This document shows, piece after piece, positions 1 through 8,598 of a stretch of 32,000 nucleotides of DNA. The stretch's first letter is position 1. Every line of letters starts with the position of its first letter. The DNA comes from Haloimpatiens sp. FM7315 (GTDB lineage: Bacteria > Bacillota > Clostridia > Clostridiales > Clostridiaceae), in NCBI RefSeq assembly GCF_041861885.3, contig NZ_CP175761.1, forward strand, positions 2,904,601-2,936,600, read 5' to 3'. A model generated the notes under the pieces. That model had not been told where the DNA came from. It made no database searches and saw nothing but the letters and a program-made list of their open reading frames with translations. A program made the translations under genes and the position numbers.

Positions 1-1076
1 TCAAACAAAGCTCCTGATTTACTCATTTTATCTAATTCTACAGGGAATTTATGATAATCTAAGTCTGGATTTTCTTCTCTCCACTCTTCGAAGTTTGAGT
101 TTATAATATTTAATAAATATTCTTTTACAGAATCTGTTGGATATCCAACTTCTTTGTAATATGATACTGCAGCTTCTGCATCTTTTCTCTTTGATAACTT
201 TCTCTTAGAACCATTATCATTTTTCATTATTGTAGGTACGTGAGAAAACTTTGGTAATTCAAATCCTAAAACTTCAAACAATTGAATATGTATAGGCAAT
301 GATGATAACCACTCTTCTCCTCTTATCACATTAGTAATTCTCATTAAGGTATCATCAATAGCATGAGCAAAATGATAAGTTGGAAGTCCATCTCCTTTTA
401 TTAAAACAATATCCTGAGTATTTTCTGGGAAGGATATCTTTCCTCTTATTAAATCATTGATTTCAACCCTTTTGTCTTCTCTTCCCGGTGATTTTAATCT
501 TAAAATATAGTTTTCTCCTGCTTCTATTTTAGCTATAGCTTCTTCTTCAGTTAAATTTCTGCATTTTGCAAATTCTCCATAATACCCTGGCGTTATTTTT
601 TCAGCTACTTGCTTTTCTCTAAGTTCTGATAATTCCTCAGGTGTACAAAAACATGGATAAGCTAATCCCCTTTTAACTAAATCCTTTGCAAAAGTTTTGT
701 ATATTTCTGATCTTTCACTTTGCTTGTATGGACCATAATCTCCTTTTGAAGTATCTTCTCCTGTCATACCTTCATTAAAATCTAGGCCAAAATTATGCAT
801 AGTTACAATTGTGTCTTCAATAGCTCCTTGAACTTCTCTTTTTTGATCCGTATCTTCTATTCTTAAACAGAAAATCCCTTCACTTTGACTTGCTAGTCTT
901 TCGTCTACTAAAGCTGTAAATATTCCTCCTATATGTTGAAATCCAGTTGGTGATGGAGCATATCTAGTAACTTTAGCACCTTCTTTTAAATTTCTCTTTG
1001 GATACTTTTTTATATAATATTCTGGTGTCTTGTCTACATCTTTAAATATTATATTAGCTAATTTTTCTAAACTCAT
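1..1076 (-). CDS. gltX: glutamate--tRNA ligase (GluRS), N-terminal 358 codons; C-terminus runs off the window
   Basis: It is absent from the ORF track because there is no stop codon in the window. My minus-strand translation from ATG 1076..1074 (RBS AGGAGG 7 nt upstream) gives [14 protein letters not shown]...[15 protein letters not shown] (HIGH-type), [23 protein letters not shown] and KLSKRK (KMSKS-type). These are GluRS signatures. Confidence 0.9.
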   Translation of the reverse strand, partial: MSLEKLANIIFKDVDKTPEYYIKKYPKRNLKEGAKVTRYAPSPTGFQHIGGIFTALVDERLASQSEGIFCLRIEDTDQKREVQGAIEDTIVTMHNFGLDFNEGMTGEDTSKGDYGPYKQSERSEIYKTFAKDLVKRGLAYPCFCTPEELSELREKQVAEKITPGYYGEFAKCRNLTEEEAIAKIEAGENYILRLKSPGREDKRVEINDLIRGKISFPENTQDIVLIKGDGLPTYHFAHAIDDTLMRITNVIRGEEWLSSLPIHIQLFEVLGFELPKFSHVPTIMKNDNGSKRKLSKRKDAEAAVSYYKEVGYPTDSVKEYLLNIINSNFEEWREENPDLDYHKFPVELDKMSKSGALF

Positions 1077-1089
1077 TTTTTCTCCTCCT

Positions 1090-1345
1090 AAAAACTGTAT
1101 AATATAAAAAACTTCCGCCCCTAAAAATTAGGACGAAAGTTAAATCCGCGTTACCACCTAAATTGATTAAGAAAACTTAATCCACTTATTATCCCTATAT
1201 GGGGAGACACCCCTAAGCCTACTATGCAGTGTAGCTTTCAGCTTAAGCTCCAGAGCTTCCTTCTATAGAATCAAATATTAGGCTTTCACCTTCCCTAATT
1301 CGCTTTAAATTAACTTCTATATACTCTTCCCCTTCAACGCTTTTA
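1090..1345 (-). promoter_or_regulatory. T-box leader (tRNA-sensing riboswitch) controlling gltX
   Basis: The minus strand shows stem I with a GA/K-turn (GCGUUGAAGGGG), AGAGUA and a specifier-loop 3' strand GAAGGAAG (1256..1263). It also shows the T-box motif AAUUUAGGUGGUAACGCGG (around 1146..1158). A terminator CUUUCGUCCUAA-UUUU-UAGGGGCGGAAG plus a U-run lies at 1112..1139. A sigma-A promoter TTACAA-16-TATAAT lies at 1376..1403. Confidence 0.85.
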
Positions 1346-1424
1346 TATATAGTATTATTTATAAAATATAGTATTATTATACCTATCCCCAAGATTATTG
1401 TAAATAGAAGCCTTTAATTATTCT

Positions 1425-1730
1425 CTAAAATATTTCATTAAGCTCCCTAAAATGTGTTATAGAAAACTCAGCTATAGCCATGCCCATAGCAAAGAATGCT
1501 AAAATTACAACTAGTATTATGGCTGAAAAATCATATTTCATTTTTTCTTCCTTATTTATAATGTACGCTACAATAATTTCTACACCTAAAAGAACTAATA
1601 TAATAGGCCAAAAGGAAGCTATTAAAGATAATTTAATATAAGGATTTATTAATCTAAGTAAAAACACTACTCCAAAGGCAACTAAAACAATTCCTGCAGT
1701 TAATGTACCTACTCTTCTTCCCTTAAACAT
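1425..1730 (-). CDS. small integral membrane protein (3 predicted TM helices), function unknown
   Basis: A 101-aa ORF with hydrophobic stretches GTLTAGIVLVAFGVVFLL, FWPIILVLLGVEIIVAYI and AIILVVILAFFAMGMAIA. An RBS GGAAGG precedes the ATG. It is the last gene of the sigma operon and overlaps the upstream gene by 22 nt. Confidence 0.7.
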   Translation of the reverse strand: MFKGRRVGTLTAGIVLVAFGVVFLLRLINPYIKLSLIASFWPIILVLLGVEIIVAYIINKEEKMKYDFSAIILVVILAFFAMGMAIAEFSITHFRELNEIF

Positions 1731-2248
1731 TGACCTTTACCTTCCTTTCTCTTTCCAATTATAAGTTTTATTCCTAAAAATATTATTGCAAGCCCCACAA
1801 TTATTTTAGGAATTTGTCTCATATAGTCATGAATAATATAGTACACCCATGAAGTTACATAAGGCTCTATAATATCTATAATAGTATTGGATGTTAAGTA
1901 AAGCCCTAAAATAAGCACTAATAATCCAACTACAAGATTGCCTTTTTTAAATACATTTCCATTTATTTCTCCAAGCTTATTAATGGAGAATAAGTACTTA
2001 TCTTCTGAAGATAAAAACTCTTCATCCTCTAAACTCATTCTATTAGTGGAATCGAAAAATGAGTAGAACCAAATAAGTGGAAGTATATATAATAAGGGTC
2101 CTATATTTAGCCAGCTAGAAAGAAATATTACAGTGAAAAATACAGCCATAAAAGATATGCCAGTTTTCATGAATCCCATATACATATGCCCTGCCCCTGG
2201 TAACAGAGAGCAAAGAACAGTTAAAAATTTATTTTTCTTTTTTATCAT
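1709..2248 (-). CDS. multi-pass membrane protein with TM2-like N-terminal motif
   Basis: A 179-aa ORF with RBS GGAGGT 8 nt before ATG 2248. It carries LLPGAGHMYMGF followed by several hydrophobic helices, and it is translationally overlapped with the anti-sigma gene. Confidence 0.7.
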   Translation of the reverse strand: MIKKKNKFLTVLCSLLPGAGHMYMGFMKTGISFMAVFFTVIFLSSWLNIGPLLYILPLIWFYSFFDSTNRMSLEDEEFLSSEDKYLFSINKLGEINGNVFKKGNLVVGLLVLILGLYLTSNTIIDIIEPYVTSWVYYIIHDYMRQIPKIIVGLAIIFLGIKLIIGKRKEGKGQCLREEE

Positions 2249-2708
2249 CTTTTAATACCTCCAATTTAATTATTCTTTCAGAAAAATCATTAAGCTCTGA
2301 GCTAATAGAGTTTACGAAACTCAAATCTAATGGCTTTACATAGCTTTTTTCTCCGTTTACTATAAAGTTTAATTTATTTGAAAAAACTATTATTAAAGCA
2401 ATACTTGCTGCCACTGCAATTTTAGTGCAGTAAAAGGCAAACTTAATATTACTTATTTTTTTGCTTTTGTATTTTTTATTTTCAATTTTATTTTCAATTT
2501 TACTTTCAAGTGTTTCTTCAAAACCTAAAGGAGTTTCTACTAATTCTTCTTCCTCAAAACTACCTGCAAATTTGCCAGCACAAATACTACATTTTTCAAT
2601 ATGTTCTAAGGTTAAAATCAAATTTTTCTCATTAAGCTCTCCATTTTTAAGCATACTCATAGCTTCTACAGTTAAATGTCCCTTTTCATTAAACAACTTA
2701 ATCTTCAC
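2229..2708 (-). CDS. anti-sigma factor (zf-HC2 type, single TM)
   Basis: It has an H-x3-C-x2-C motif (HIEKCSIC) near the N-terminus and one TM helix (FYCTKIAVAASIALIIVF). It lies directly downstream of the ECF sigma gene. The likely start is GTG 2708, 6 nt after GGAGGAG, whereas the ORF track extends to 2726. Confidence 0.75.
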   Translation of the reverse strand: MKIKLFNEKGHLTVEAMSMLKNGELNEKNLILTLEHIEKCSICAGKFAGSFEEEELVETPLGFEETLESKIENKIENKKYKSKKISNIKFAFYCTKIAVAASIALIIVFSNKLNFIVNGEKSYVKPLDLSFVNSISSELNDFSERIIKLEVLKDDKKEK

Positions 2709-3217
2709 ATAAACTCCTCCTTCCACAAATCTTTTAATAGTTTTTTTGATCTATAAAGTTGAGTTTCTAAGGTTTTAATGCTTTTTCCTGTTTGATTTGC
2801 CAAATGAGAAAGTTTAATATCTTTGCAAAAGTAACTTATAGATACTGTTCTATAGGGTTCTTTCAGCTTACTGCATATTTTATATACTTTTTCATTGCTA
2901 CTGTTTTTTAATACTGTTTCCTCAGGTAAATCTCCTTGATCTTCTATACCATCAAATTCTTCTTTTGATAAATTAACCACACCTCTAACCCTACTTTTAA
3001 GATAATCCTTACACTTATTTGCAGCAATTGTGGTTATCCAAGCTTTAAAATTATTACCATCAAATTTTTCATAATTTTTATAGGCCGCTATAAAAGTCTG
3101 CTGAGCCAAATCTTCCGCATCAAAATAATTTTTTGTAAAGGATAAGCAGATGGTAATAACTAATCTCTTGTACTGTTTTACGTAATCTTCAAATTGTAAT
3201 TTTTCAATAATTATCAC
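2705..3217 (-). CDS. ECF-type RNA polymerase sigma-70 family factor
   Basis: A 170-aa ORF with region 2 (DAEDLAQQTFIAAYKNYEKF...WITTIAANKCKDYLKSR) and a region 4 HTH (KLSHLANQTGKSIKTLETQLYRSKKLLK). The exact start is uncertain. Confidence 0.85.
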   Translation of the reverse strand: MIIIEKLQFEDYVKQYKRLVITICLSFTKNYFDAEDLAQQTFIAAYKNYEKFDGNNFKAWITTIAANKCKDYLKSRVRGVVNLSKEEFDGIEDQGDLPEETVLKNSSNEKVYKICSKLKEPYRTVSISYFCKDIKLSHLANQTGKSIKTLETQLYRSKKLLKDLWKEEFM

Positions 3218-3318
3218 CCCTTTTTTATCCTTTCACTTAATATAACGATTAGAAAATAAAAAACCCTTCAATAATTTTAAAAAAGTTTTAAAAATTTATT
3301 AATACTTGCCCTATAGAT

Positions 3319-3347
3319 TTGACACCTATATACAGGTAAATTATAAT
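3319..3347 (+). promoter_or_regulatory. consensus sigma-A promoter for the 3385 gene
   Basis: TTGACA (3319..3324), an exact 17-nt spacer and TATAAT (3342..3347), about 38 nt upstream of the ATG. Confidence 0.7.
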
Positions 3348-3384
3348 CTATACGTAATGTCAAAATATAAGGACGTGTTAACAT

Positions 3385-4542
3385 ATGATGAGTATTATTA
3401 AAACTGCAATTATAACAATAGTAATATCTTTTATATCTGGTATTTTGCTAGATTATTACAAAAACTTAGCACCTAAAATACTATGTAACGTAGAAAAAAC
3501 CAATCTTTCCCTTGGTGGATTGAACTTTTGTGCCTATATAATTAATATTAAAAATAACTCCAATAAAACTATTCATGAGTTAACTTTAAATATACAAAGT
3601 CACAAATGCAAATTAAACTTTACCAATGAGAAAATAACAAAAGGATTAAAATACGATTCTTCTGTAAGAGATAATACCTTAGATATTTCTATTCCTTTTT
3701 TAAGTAAAGATGATAATTTTTCAGTTACAGTTTATACAGAAACTAGCTGCAGAACCTTTGATAAACCTATTATTGTACTGCGTTCCCCTGAAAAATTTAA
3801 ACAAATAGATTCTACGGAAACTAATTTCTTAAATTCCCCTATGGTAGCTAACAATAATAAAGGTAACAGTTTAAACAAATCAAAAAGTATCACTGAACCA
3901 AAAGACTTTGGAAATAAAGATGATTTTACAAAAATCATAGATAATCCACTAGCTTCTAAAAAAAGATTAAATAAGAATCATGCTCTCAAGAACAAAGGTG
4001 TTAATAAAAAGCTTAATAAAAACAAAAAGCTAATTTTAGTTGTTATTTCACTGGTTTTTGTTTTGTTTATAGGACTTATTGCTAGATCTTTTCTTAAAAA
4101 TATTTCTAGTAATATAAAAACCATAATTCCAAATAGTTCTACTGATACCAAAGATTCAAAGAAAAAATTAAAAGAGAATACAGCGGAAGAAAACCCTAAT
4201 AAAAAATCAGAGGAAAAAACACCAGAAGAAAAGCAAGCTGGTTCAGATACAAAAAACTCTAGTAATACTACTAATAATACTTCTGAGCCTTCAAAAAAAC
4301 AAACCACAAAAACCACAGATTCAAAAGAATCAACTGAAAGCACTGAAAAAAAAGATTCAAATACTGAAAGCAAAGAATCTCAGTATACAAACTCCACTGA
4401 GTCTACTGAAAATAGTAACTTAAATTCCACAAAAGAAACTGAAAAAAAAGAAGCTACAGATTCAAATACTTCAATTAATAAAGACTCAAGTACTAATAGT
4501 AGTTCAACTACAGAAACCCCAAAAGAAAATACAGGAAACTAA
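3385..4542 (+). CDS. membrane protein with N-terminal TM, a beta-rich domain, a second TM and a long S/T/K/E/N-rich low-complexity tail
   Basis: A 385-aa ORF with TM1 IIKTAIITIVISFISGILL and TM2 LILVVISLVFVLFIGLIA. The C-terminal roughly 140 aa is repetitive (TESTEKKDSNTESKES...). I recognise no family. Confidence 0.7.
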   Translation: MMSIIKTAIITIVISFISGILLDYYKNLAPKILCNVEKTNLSLGGLNFCAYIINIKNNSNKTIHELTLNIQSHKCKLNFTNEKITKGLKYDSSVRDNTLDISIPFLSKDDNFSVTVYTETSCRTFDKPIIVLRSPEKFKQIDSTETNFLNSPMVANNNKGNSLNKSKSITEPKDFGNKDDFTKIIDNPLASKKRLNKNHALKNKGVNKKLNKNKKLILVVISLVFVLFIGLIARSFLKNISSNIKTIIPNSSTDTKDSKKKLKENTAEENPNKKSEEKTPEEKQAGSDTKNSSNTTNNTSEPSKKQTTKTTDSKESTESTEKKDSNTESKESQYTNSTESTENSNLNSTKETEKKEATDSNTSINKDSSTNSSSTTETPKENTGN

Positions 4543-4596
4543 ATTTAAGGTTATCTTTTTATTAATATTTTAAAAAACTTATATAGAACACTAAAA

Positions 4597-4639
4597 AGGC
4601 TATCACCTTAGAATATTTTTCATACTAAGGTAATAGCCT
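4597..4639. terminator. bidirectional rho-independent terminator
   Basis: AGGCTATCACCTTAG, a 13-nt loop and CTAAGGTAATAGCCT form a 15-bp stem with one G-U on the plus-strand RNA (an A-C mismatch on the minus strand). It is flanked by an A-run on the 5' side and a T-run on the 3' side, between convergent genes. Confidence 0.8.
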
Positions 4640-4655
4640 CTTTTTAATGTGTTCT

Positions 4656-4919
4656 TTATATTTTATAAAGAATCCATTTGCAAGTTGATATTTCATATTT
4701 TATTTCAAACAACTTAAGTGTACCCTTCATTAAGCTTTGGCATCTAAAAACAATCATTGTATTCCCTGCAATTTTTTCTGTGGTTCTTTGTAAAATTTTA
4801 TTTATTTTTATAACTTTCAAAGTCTCATCTTTGGTAGCAATTCTAAACCTCAAAGGATAAATCTCTCCTTTAAGATCTGTATAAGATATTACTTCAATAG
4901 ATTTTTTTAAAACTCTCAT
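4656..4919 (-). CDS. hypothetical 87-aa protein co-transcribed with the Y-family polymerase
   Basis: The ORF starts 14 nt after the polymerase stop and has RBS GGGGGA. I recognise no motif, and it does not look like YolD. Confidence 0.55.
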   Translation of the reverse strand: MRVLKKSIEVISYTDLKGEIYPLRFRIATKDETLKVIKINKILQRTTEKIAGNTMIVFRCQSLMKGTLKLFEIKYEISTCKWILYKI

Positions 4920-4933
4920 ATAGAATTATCCCC

Positions 4934-6184
4934 CTACAAAGTAGAACTCATCAAAGGATAGTCCTCTTCAGAAACTCCACCACAAATTGGATTGAGTCCA
5001 GAATTTAGAAAACAGGATCTAATTACAGAATAGGCCCCGTATTTTAATCTTATCTTGTCTATAACTTCATTTATCTTTTTATCCTTATCATAATCAAATT
5101 CATCCAAAAAACAGGGCTGATAAAAATCATTGCTACAAAATCCTGTTATGCGAACCCCAAGTTTTCTAATTTTATTTCCCCTCCAAGAATCATCAAATAA
5201 ATTACAGGCAATTTCGTATATTTTTCTTGTAGAATCTGTTGCTGTTTTTATTTTCTTTTGTCTAGAATAGGAATTAAAATCACTTCCTCTTACATTTATA
5301 GAAACCACAGTACAACAATTTTTTGAATTTCTAAGCCTCATTGAAACAGTTTCGCATAAAGATAAAAGTATCTTATGAACTTCTTTTCTATCCTCCACAT
5401 CAAAGGCCATTGTAGTTGAATTTCCTATACCTTGCATATCCATATAATCATTTTTTTTAACTTCAGAATAATCTATTCCATTAGCATAATTCCAGATTAA
5501 CTGGCCTTGACTTTTTAATTTATCTCTTAAAATCTTTACATCATACTTTGCAAGTTCTCCAATTGTACTTATGTTTAAAGAGTGAAGTTTATGAGCTGTA
5601 GACCTTCCAACCATAAACAAATCCTCAACTTTAAGAGGCCACATTTTTTTCTCAATTTCCTCAGGAAATAATGTGTGTATTCTATCTGGTTTTTTAAAAT
5701 CTGATGCAACTTTAGCCAAAAGTTTATTGCAGGAGATTCCTATATTTACCGTAAATCCTAACTCATCTTTGATTCTCTCTTTTATTTTTTCTGCAAGTTT
5801 CATATAATCCTTGTAGTGATTTTCCATACCAGTAAAATCAAGAAAACTCTCATCTATAGAAAACCTTTGTATGCTAGGTGTATACTCTGTAAATATTTTA
5901 TCCATGGCTAAACTACACTTAATATAAAGCCAGTATCTTGGTGGTATTATAACCAATTTTTCACACTTGCTTCTAGCACTATATAGTGTTTCTCCTGTTT
6001 TTATATTGTACTTCTTTGCAGGTATAGATTTTGCTAAAACTATACCATGTCTAGACTCTTCATCCCCACCTATTACAGAAGGAATCTCCCTTAAATCCAA
6101 AGCTTCTCCCCTCTGCAATCTGTAAGCCGCCTCAAAAGACAAATAGGCAGAATTAACGTCTACATGAAAAATCAATTTACTCAT
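4934..6184 (-). CDS. Y-family (DinB/UmuC-like) translesion DNA polymerase
   Basis: It carries HVDVNSAYLSFE and SIDESFLD catalytic motifs and the typical GISCNKLLAKVASD block. The likely start is ATG 6184, 7 nt after RBS AGAGGA, whereas the ORF track extends to 6202. Confidence 0.85.
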   Translation of the reverse strand: MSKLIFHVDVNSAYLSFEAAYRLQRGEALDLREIPSVIGGDEESRHGIVLAKSIPAKKYNIKTGETLYSARSKCEKLVIIPPRYWLYIKCSLAMDKIFTEYTPSIQRFSIDESFLDFTGMENHYKDYMKLAEKIKERIKDELGFTVNIGISCNKLLAKVASDFKKPDRIHTLFPEEIEKKMWPLKVEDLFMVGRSTAHKLHSLNISTIGELAKYDVKILRDKLKSQGQLIWNYANGIDYSEVKKNDYMDMQGIGNSTTMAFDVEDRKEVHKILLSLCETVSMRLRNSKNCCTVVSINVRGSDFNSYSRQKKIKTATDSTRKIYEIACNLFDDSWRGNKIRKLGVRITGFCSNDFYQPCFLDEFDYDKDKKINEVIDKIRLKYGAYSVIRSCFLNSGLNPICGGVSEEDYPLMSSTL

Positions 6185-6208
6185 AAAAACATCCTCTTTC
6201 ATATTTAT

Positions 6209-6222
6209 AGAACATATGTTTG
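6209..6222. promoter_or_regulatory. LexA (Cheo/SOS) box
   Basis: AGAACATATGTTTG matches the Gram-positive consensus CGAAC-N4-GTTCG at the GAAC-N4-GTT core. It sits 5 nt downstream of a minus-strand TATAAT (6228..6233) and upstream of the polymerase RBS. Confidence 0.7.
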
Positions 6223-6383
6223 TTTATATTATATACTATTTATATAAACTTTAATAGTGTATTTATGAGAATTTTTATAAAAAATATATGGCTATTCTTT
6301 AAAATACTGAGATTGATTTTAATTTTTTACAACAAGTCTTCAAAAGTAATTATGCCATAATAAGTAAATTAAAGTTTATGCCA

Positions 6384-6408
6384 AAATAAAAAAGGGGTTG
6401 CCCCCTTT
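6384..6408 (-). terminator. rho-independent terminator after the TIGR00266 gene
   Basis: The minus strand reads AAAGGGG-GCAA-CCCCTTT followed by TTTATTTT, immediately after the stop at 6414. Confidence 0.8.
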
Positions 6409-6413
6409 AATTC

Positions 6414-7211
6414 TTAGTTATCACCATCTAATAAGTTGCCAATTGTACCTAGTATACTACCTTCACCTTTACGATTGTTTCCTAAATTAGGAGCAGCTGA
6501 AAATATACGTTCTGCAAGTCTACTAAATGGAAGACTTTGAACCCACACACTTCCAGGTCCCTGGACCGTTGCAAAGAAAACTCCTTCGCCACCGAATAAG
6601 GTATTTTTAATTCCACCAACAAATTGAATATCATAGTGAATGTCTTTTGTCATAGCAACTATGCATCCAGTATCTATTTTCAAAACTTCACCTGGCATTA
6701 AATCCTTCTTTATTAATGCACCACAGGCATGAATAAATGCAATTCCATCCCCTTCTAATTTTTCAAGTATAAATCCTTCACCACCAAAGAAACCTACACT
6801 TAATTTTTTTCTAAAATCTATTCCTACAGATATGCCTTTAGCTGCACATAAAAAAGCATCCTTTTGACATATAAGCTTACCACCAAGCTGACTTAAATCC
6901 ATAGGAATTATTTTCCCTGGATAAGGAGAAGCAAAAGAAACTTTTTCACGTCCATTTCCTGCATTGGTAAATGCTGTCATGAATAAACTCTCTCCTGTAA
7001 GGACTCTTTTACCTGATGAAAACAACTTGTCCATAAAACTTCCATTGCCTTTTCTTGAGCCATCTCCAAAGATAGTCTCCATCTCTATGTCATTATCCAT
7101 CATCATCATAGCTCCAGCTTCTGCAACTACGGTTTCTCTAGGGTCTAGTTCAATTTCAACAAACTGCATATCATCCCCATAAATATTATAGTCAATTTCA
7201 TGTGAATACAT
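6414..7211 (-). CDS. TIGR00266 / AIM24 (DUF124) family protein
   Basis: A 265-aa ORF. The N-terminus Y.I.G..MQFVEIELDP.E.VVAEAGAMMMM and the repeated GGEGF/GGEGVF blocks are typical of this family, as recalled from memory. RBS is AGGGAG. Confidence 0.7.
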   Translation of the reverse strand: MYSHEIDYNIYGDDMQFVEIELDPRETVVAEAGAMMMMDNDIEMETIFGDGSRKGNGSFMDKLFSSGKRVLTGESLFMTAFTNAGNGREKVSFASPYPGKIIPMDLSQLGGKLICQKDAFLCAAKGISVGIDFRKKLSVGFFGGEGFILEKLEGDGIAFIHACGALIKKDLMPGEVLKIDTGCIVAMTKDIHYDIQFVGGIKNTLFGGEGVFFATVQGPGSVWVQSLPFSRLAERIFSAAPNLGNNRKGEGSILGTIGNLLDGDN

Positions 7212-7283
7212 ATTATCATCTCCCTATAAACTTATACTATGTATTTTACTATGAAAAATATAACAATAGCAATATAATAATTC

Positions 7284-8438
7284 TTAAAATTTATTCATAA
7301 TCCCAAATCCCTGATTAACCGCAATCTGGTACAGTGGCGAAATGGAAAGCTTTATTTTCTGTTCAAAATCATGTTGAGGAACTCTGTTGTAATAAAGTTT
7401 AGGACTATCCAAATGTAGTATGTTCATATATTCTTCCATCTGATTTTTCTTCCTTTTATCACACACATATGTATATGCATTATATTGGGCAGCACAGAAA
7501 TCACCTATATATTTATCAAATAACACTAAGTTATCACTTTTTTTGCTATTAATATTTTTAAATGTAGGCACTAAATTCCAAATCTCATCATGCAAAACAA
7601 AGCTCCAGGGAATAAAATGATCAATACTTAAAGCCCCATACCTTATAAAGTTTTCCTTTGTAAATTCAAATCCAGTATATATATCCTTAACTCTGTTATA
7701 ATTCAATATTTCCTTCCATAGTTTAGATGTAGATGTTAATTTTCTAGTCTTTGGAGCTTCAAGTTTAAAAACTATAGCAGGGACATTGGGATTTCGCTTT
7801 TGAAGGAAACAAACGAGTTTATAATATATCCATGATTTAATGATATTGTAGTTATATTTTAAATACTGACACCATTTACAATTAACAAAGATTTTATTTG
7901 TATCTCCTTTTATAATTTTATATAAACAATTGCTACTTTTTAAAGACATTTCTGTTATAATTTTTTCCTTTATCGAATCTTTCTTACCCCTTAATTCATC
8001 TTGAAAAAAAGGAGATAAAAGCCTATAGGGCACATTATTTTCAAACTCCTTTAGTTTTTTGTTTAATTCCTTATCTTTATTTTCATATATAAAATCAAGC
8101 AATTTATTCTCATCACAATTCGCATCAATTTGGTAATTGATTGAAATATATTCTACACACTTACTTAAATTATCAAAAGCACCAAAGTGAAGTTTAAATT
8201 TTAAAATAGGATACCAAGCAGAAACTATCATTCTAGAAATAATCTTTCTAAACTCAATTTCCTCATTACCTAAACTTACCTCATTTAAAACTCCAAGAAG
8301 CCAATACATTTTATAACTGGCAACAACCCTGTCCGCATCAAGAATTCTTGAAAATATTCTTGTGTCTACTTCATTACTAAAAGGAATAGCCTTTGTTTCG
8401 ATTTCTTTTATATATAATCTATTTAATGTTTTGTCCAA
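7284..8438 (-). CDS. HNH endonuclease domain protein with an unrecognised ~270-aa N-terminal region
   Basis: The C-terminal HNH motif is SIDHFIPWSFVLHDEIWNLVPTFKNINSKKSDN (DH...N...N..K). The start is TTG 8438, 9 nt after GGGAG, and the first in-frame ATG is at codon 44. Confidence 0.75.
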   Translation of the reverse strand: MDKTLNRLYIKEIETKAIPFSNEVDTRIFSRILDADRVVASYKMYWLLGVLNEVSLGNEEIEFRKIISRMIVSAWYPILKFKLHFGAFDNLSKCVEYISINYQIDANCDENKLLDFIYENKDKELNKKLKEFENNVPYRLLSPFFQDELRGKKDSIKEKIITEMSLKSSNCLYKIIKGDTNKIFVNCKWCQYLKYNYNIIKSWIYYKLVCFLQKRNPNVPAIVFKLEAPKTRKLTSTSKLWKEILNYNRVKDIYTGFEFTKENFIRYGALSIDHFIPWSFVLHDEIWNLVPTFKNINSKKSDNLVLFDKYIGDFCAAQYNAYTYVCDKRKKNQMEEYMNILHLDSPKLYYNRVPQHDFEQKIKLSISPLYQIAVNQGFGIMNKF

Positions 8439-8542
8439 TTTAAAAGACTCCCGTCAATAATTTTACTAATTGTTTTAAAACTGCTTTATACATTTACTGT
8501 AACAATTCTCCATTATATTTCTTATTCCTCTAACTTTTTACA

Positions 8543-8573
8543 TAAAAAAACTACTGCACCCTTAAGCACAGCA
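8543..8573 (-). terminator. probable terminator after the MazG-like gene
   Basis: The minus-strand RNA reads UGCUGUGC-UUAAGG-GUGCAGUA (8 bp, 3 of them G-U) followed by GUUUUUUUAUG. The stem is weak. Confidence 0.45.
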
Positions 8574-8598
8574 GCAATTTAAAAATATTAATTTATTT

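Noticed and set aside
2461-2712. An 83-aa plus-strand ORF, together with similar ORF-track entries at 3732..3938, 3978..4373, 4678..4860, 6964..7182, 9507..9701, 11588..11797, 11963..12310, 13445..13696, 15122..15484, 20219..20404, 22227..22430, 22530..22766, 25142..25345, 29215..29595, 31013..31243 and 31501..31851.
   Set aside because: All lie antisense inside longer ORFs that have recognisable motifs. They have low-complexity F/L/S/I-rich translations typical of the reverse frame of AT-rich genes, and none has a convincing Shine-Dalgarno sequence.
4656-4919. A YolD-like annotation for the small gene downstream of the Y-family polymerase.
   Set aside because: The sequence lacks the motifs I associate with YolD-like proteins, so it is left as hypothetical.
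6263-6361. A 32-codon hydrophobic plus-strand ORF (MRIFIKNIWLFFKILRLILIFYNKSSKVIMP) in the polymerase/AIM24 intergenic region, considered as a possible type I toxin.
   Set aside because: There is no Shine-Dalgarno sequence upstream, no flanking promoter or terminator, and the composition is what random AT-rich sequence gives.
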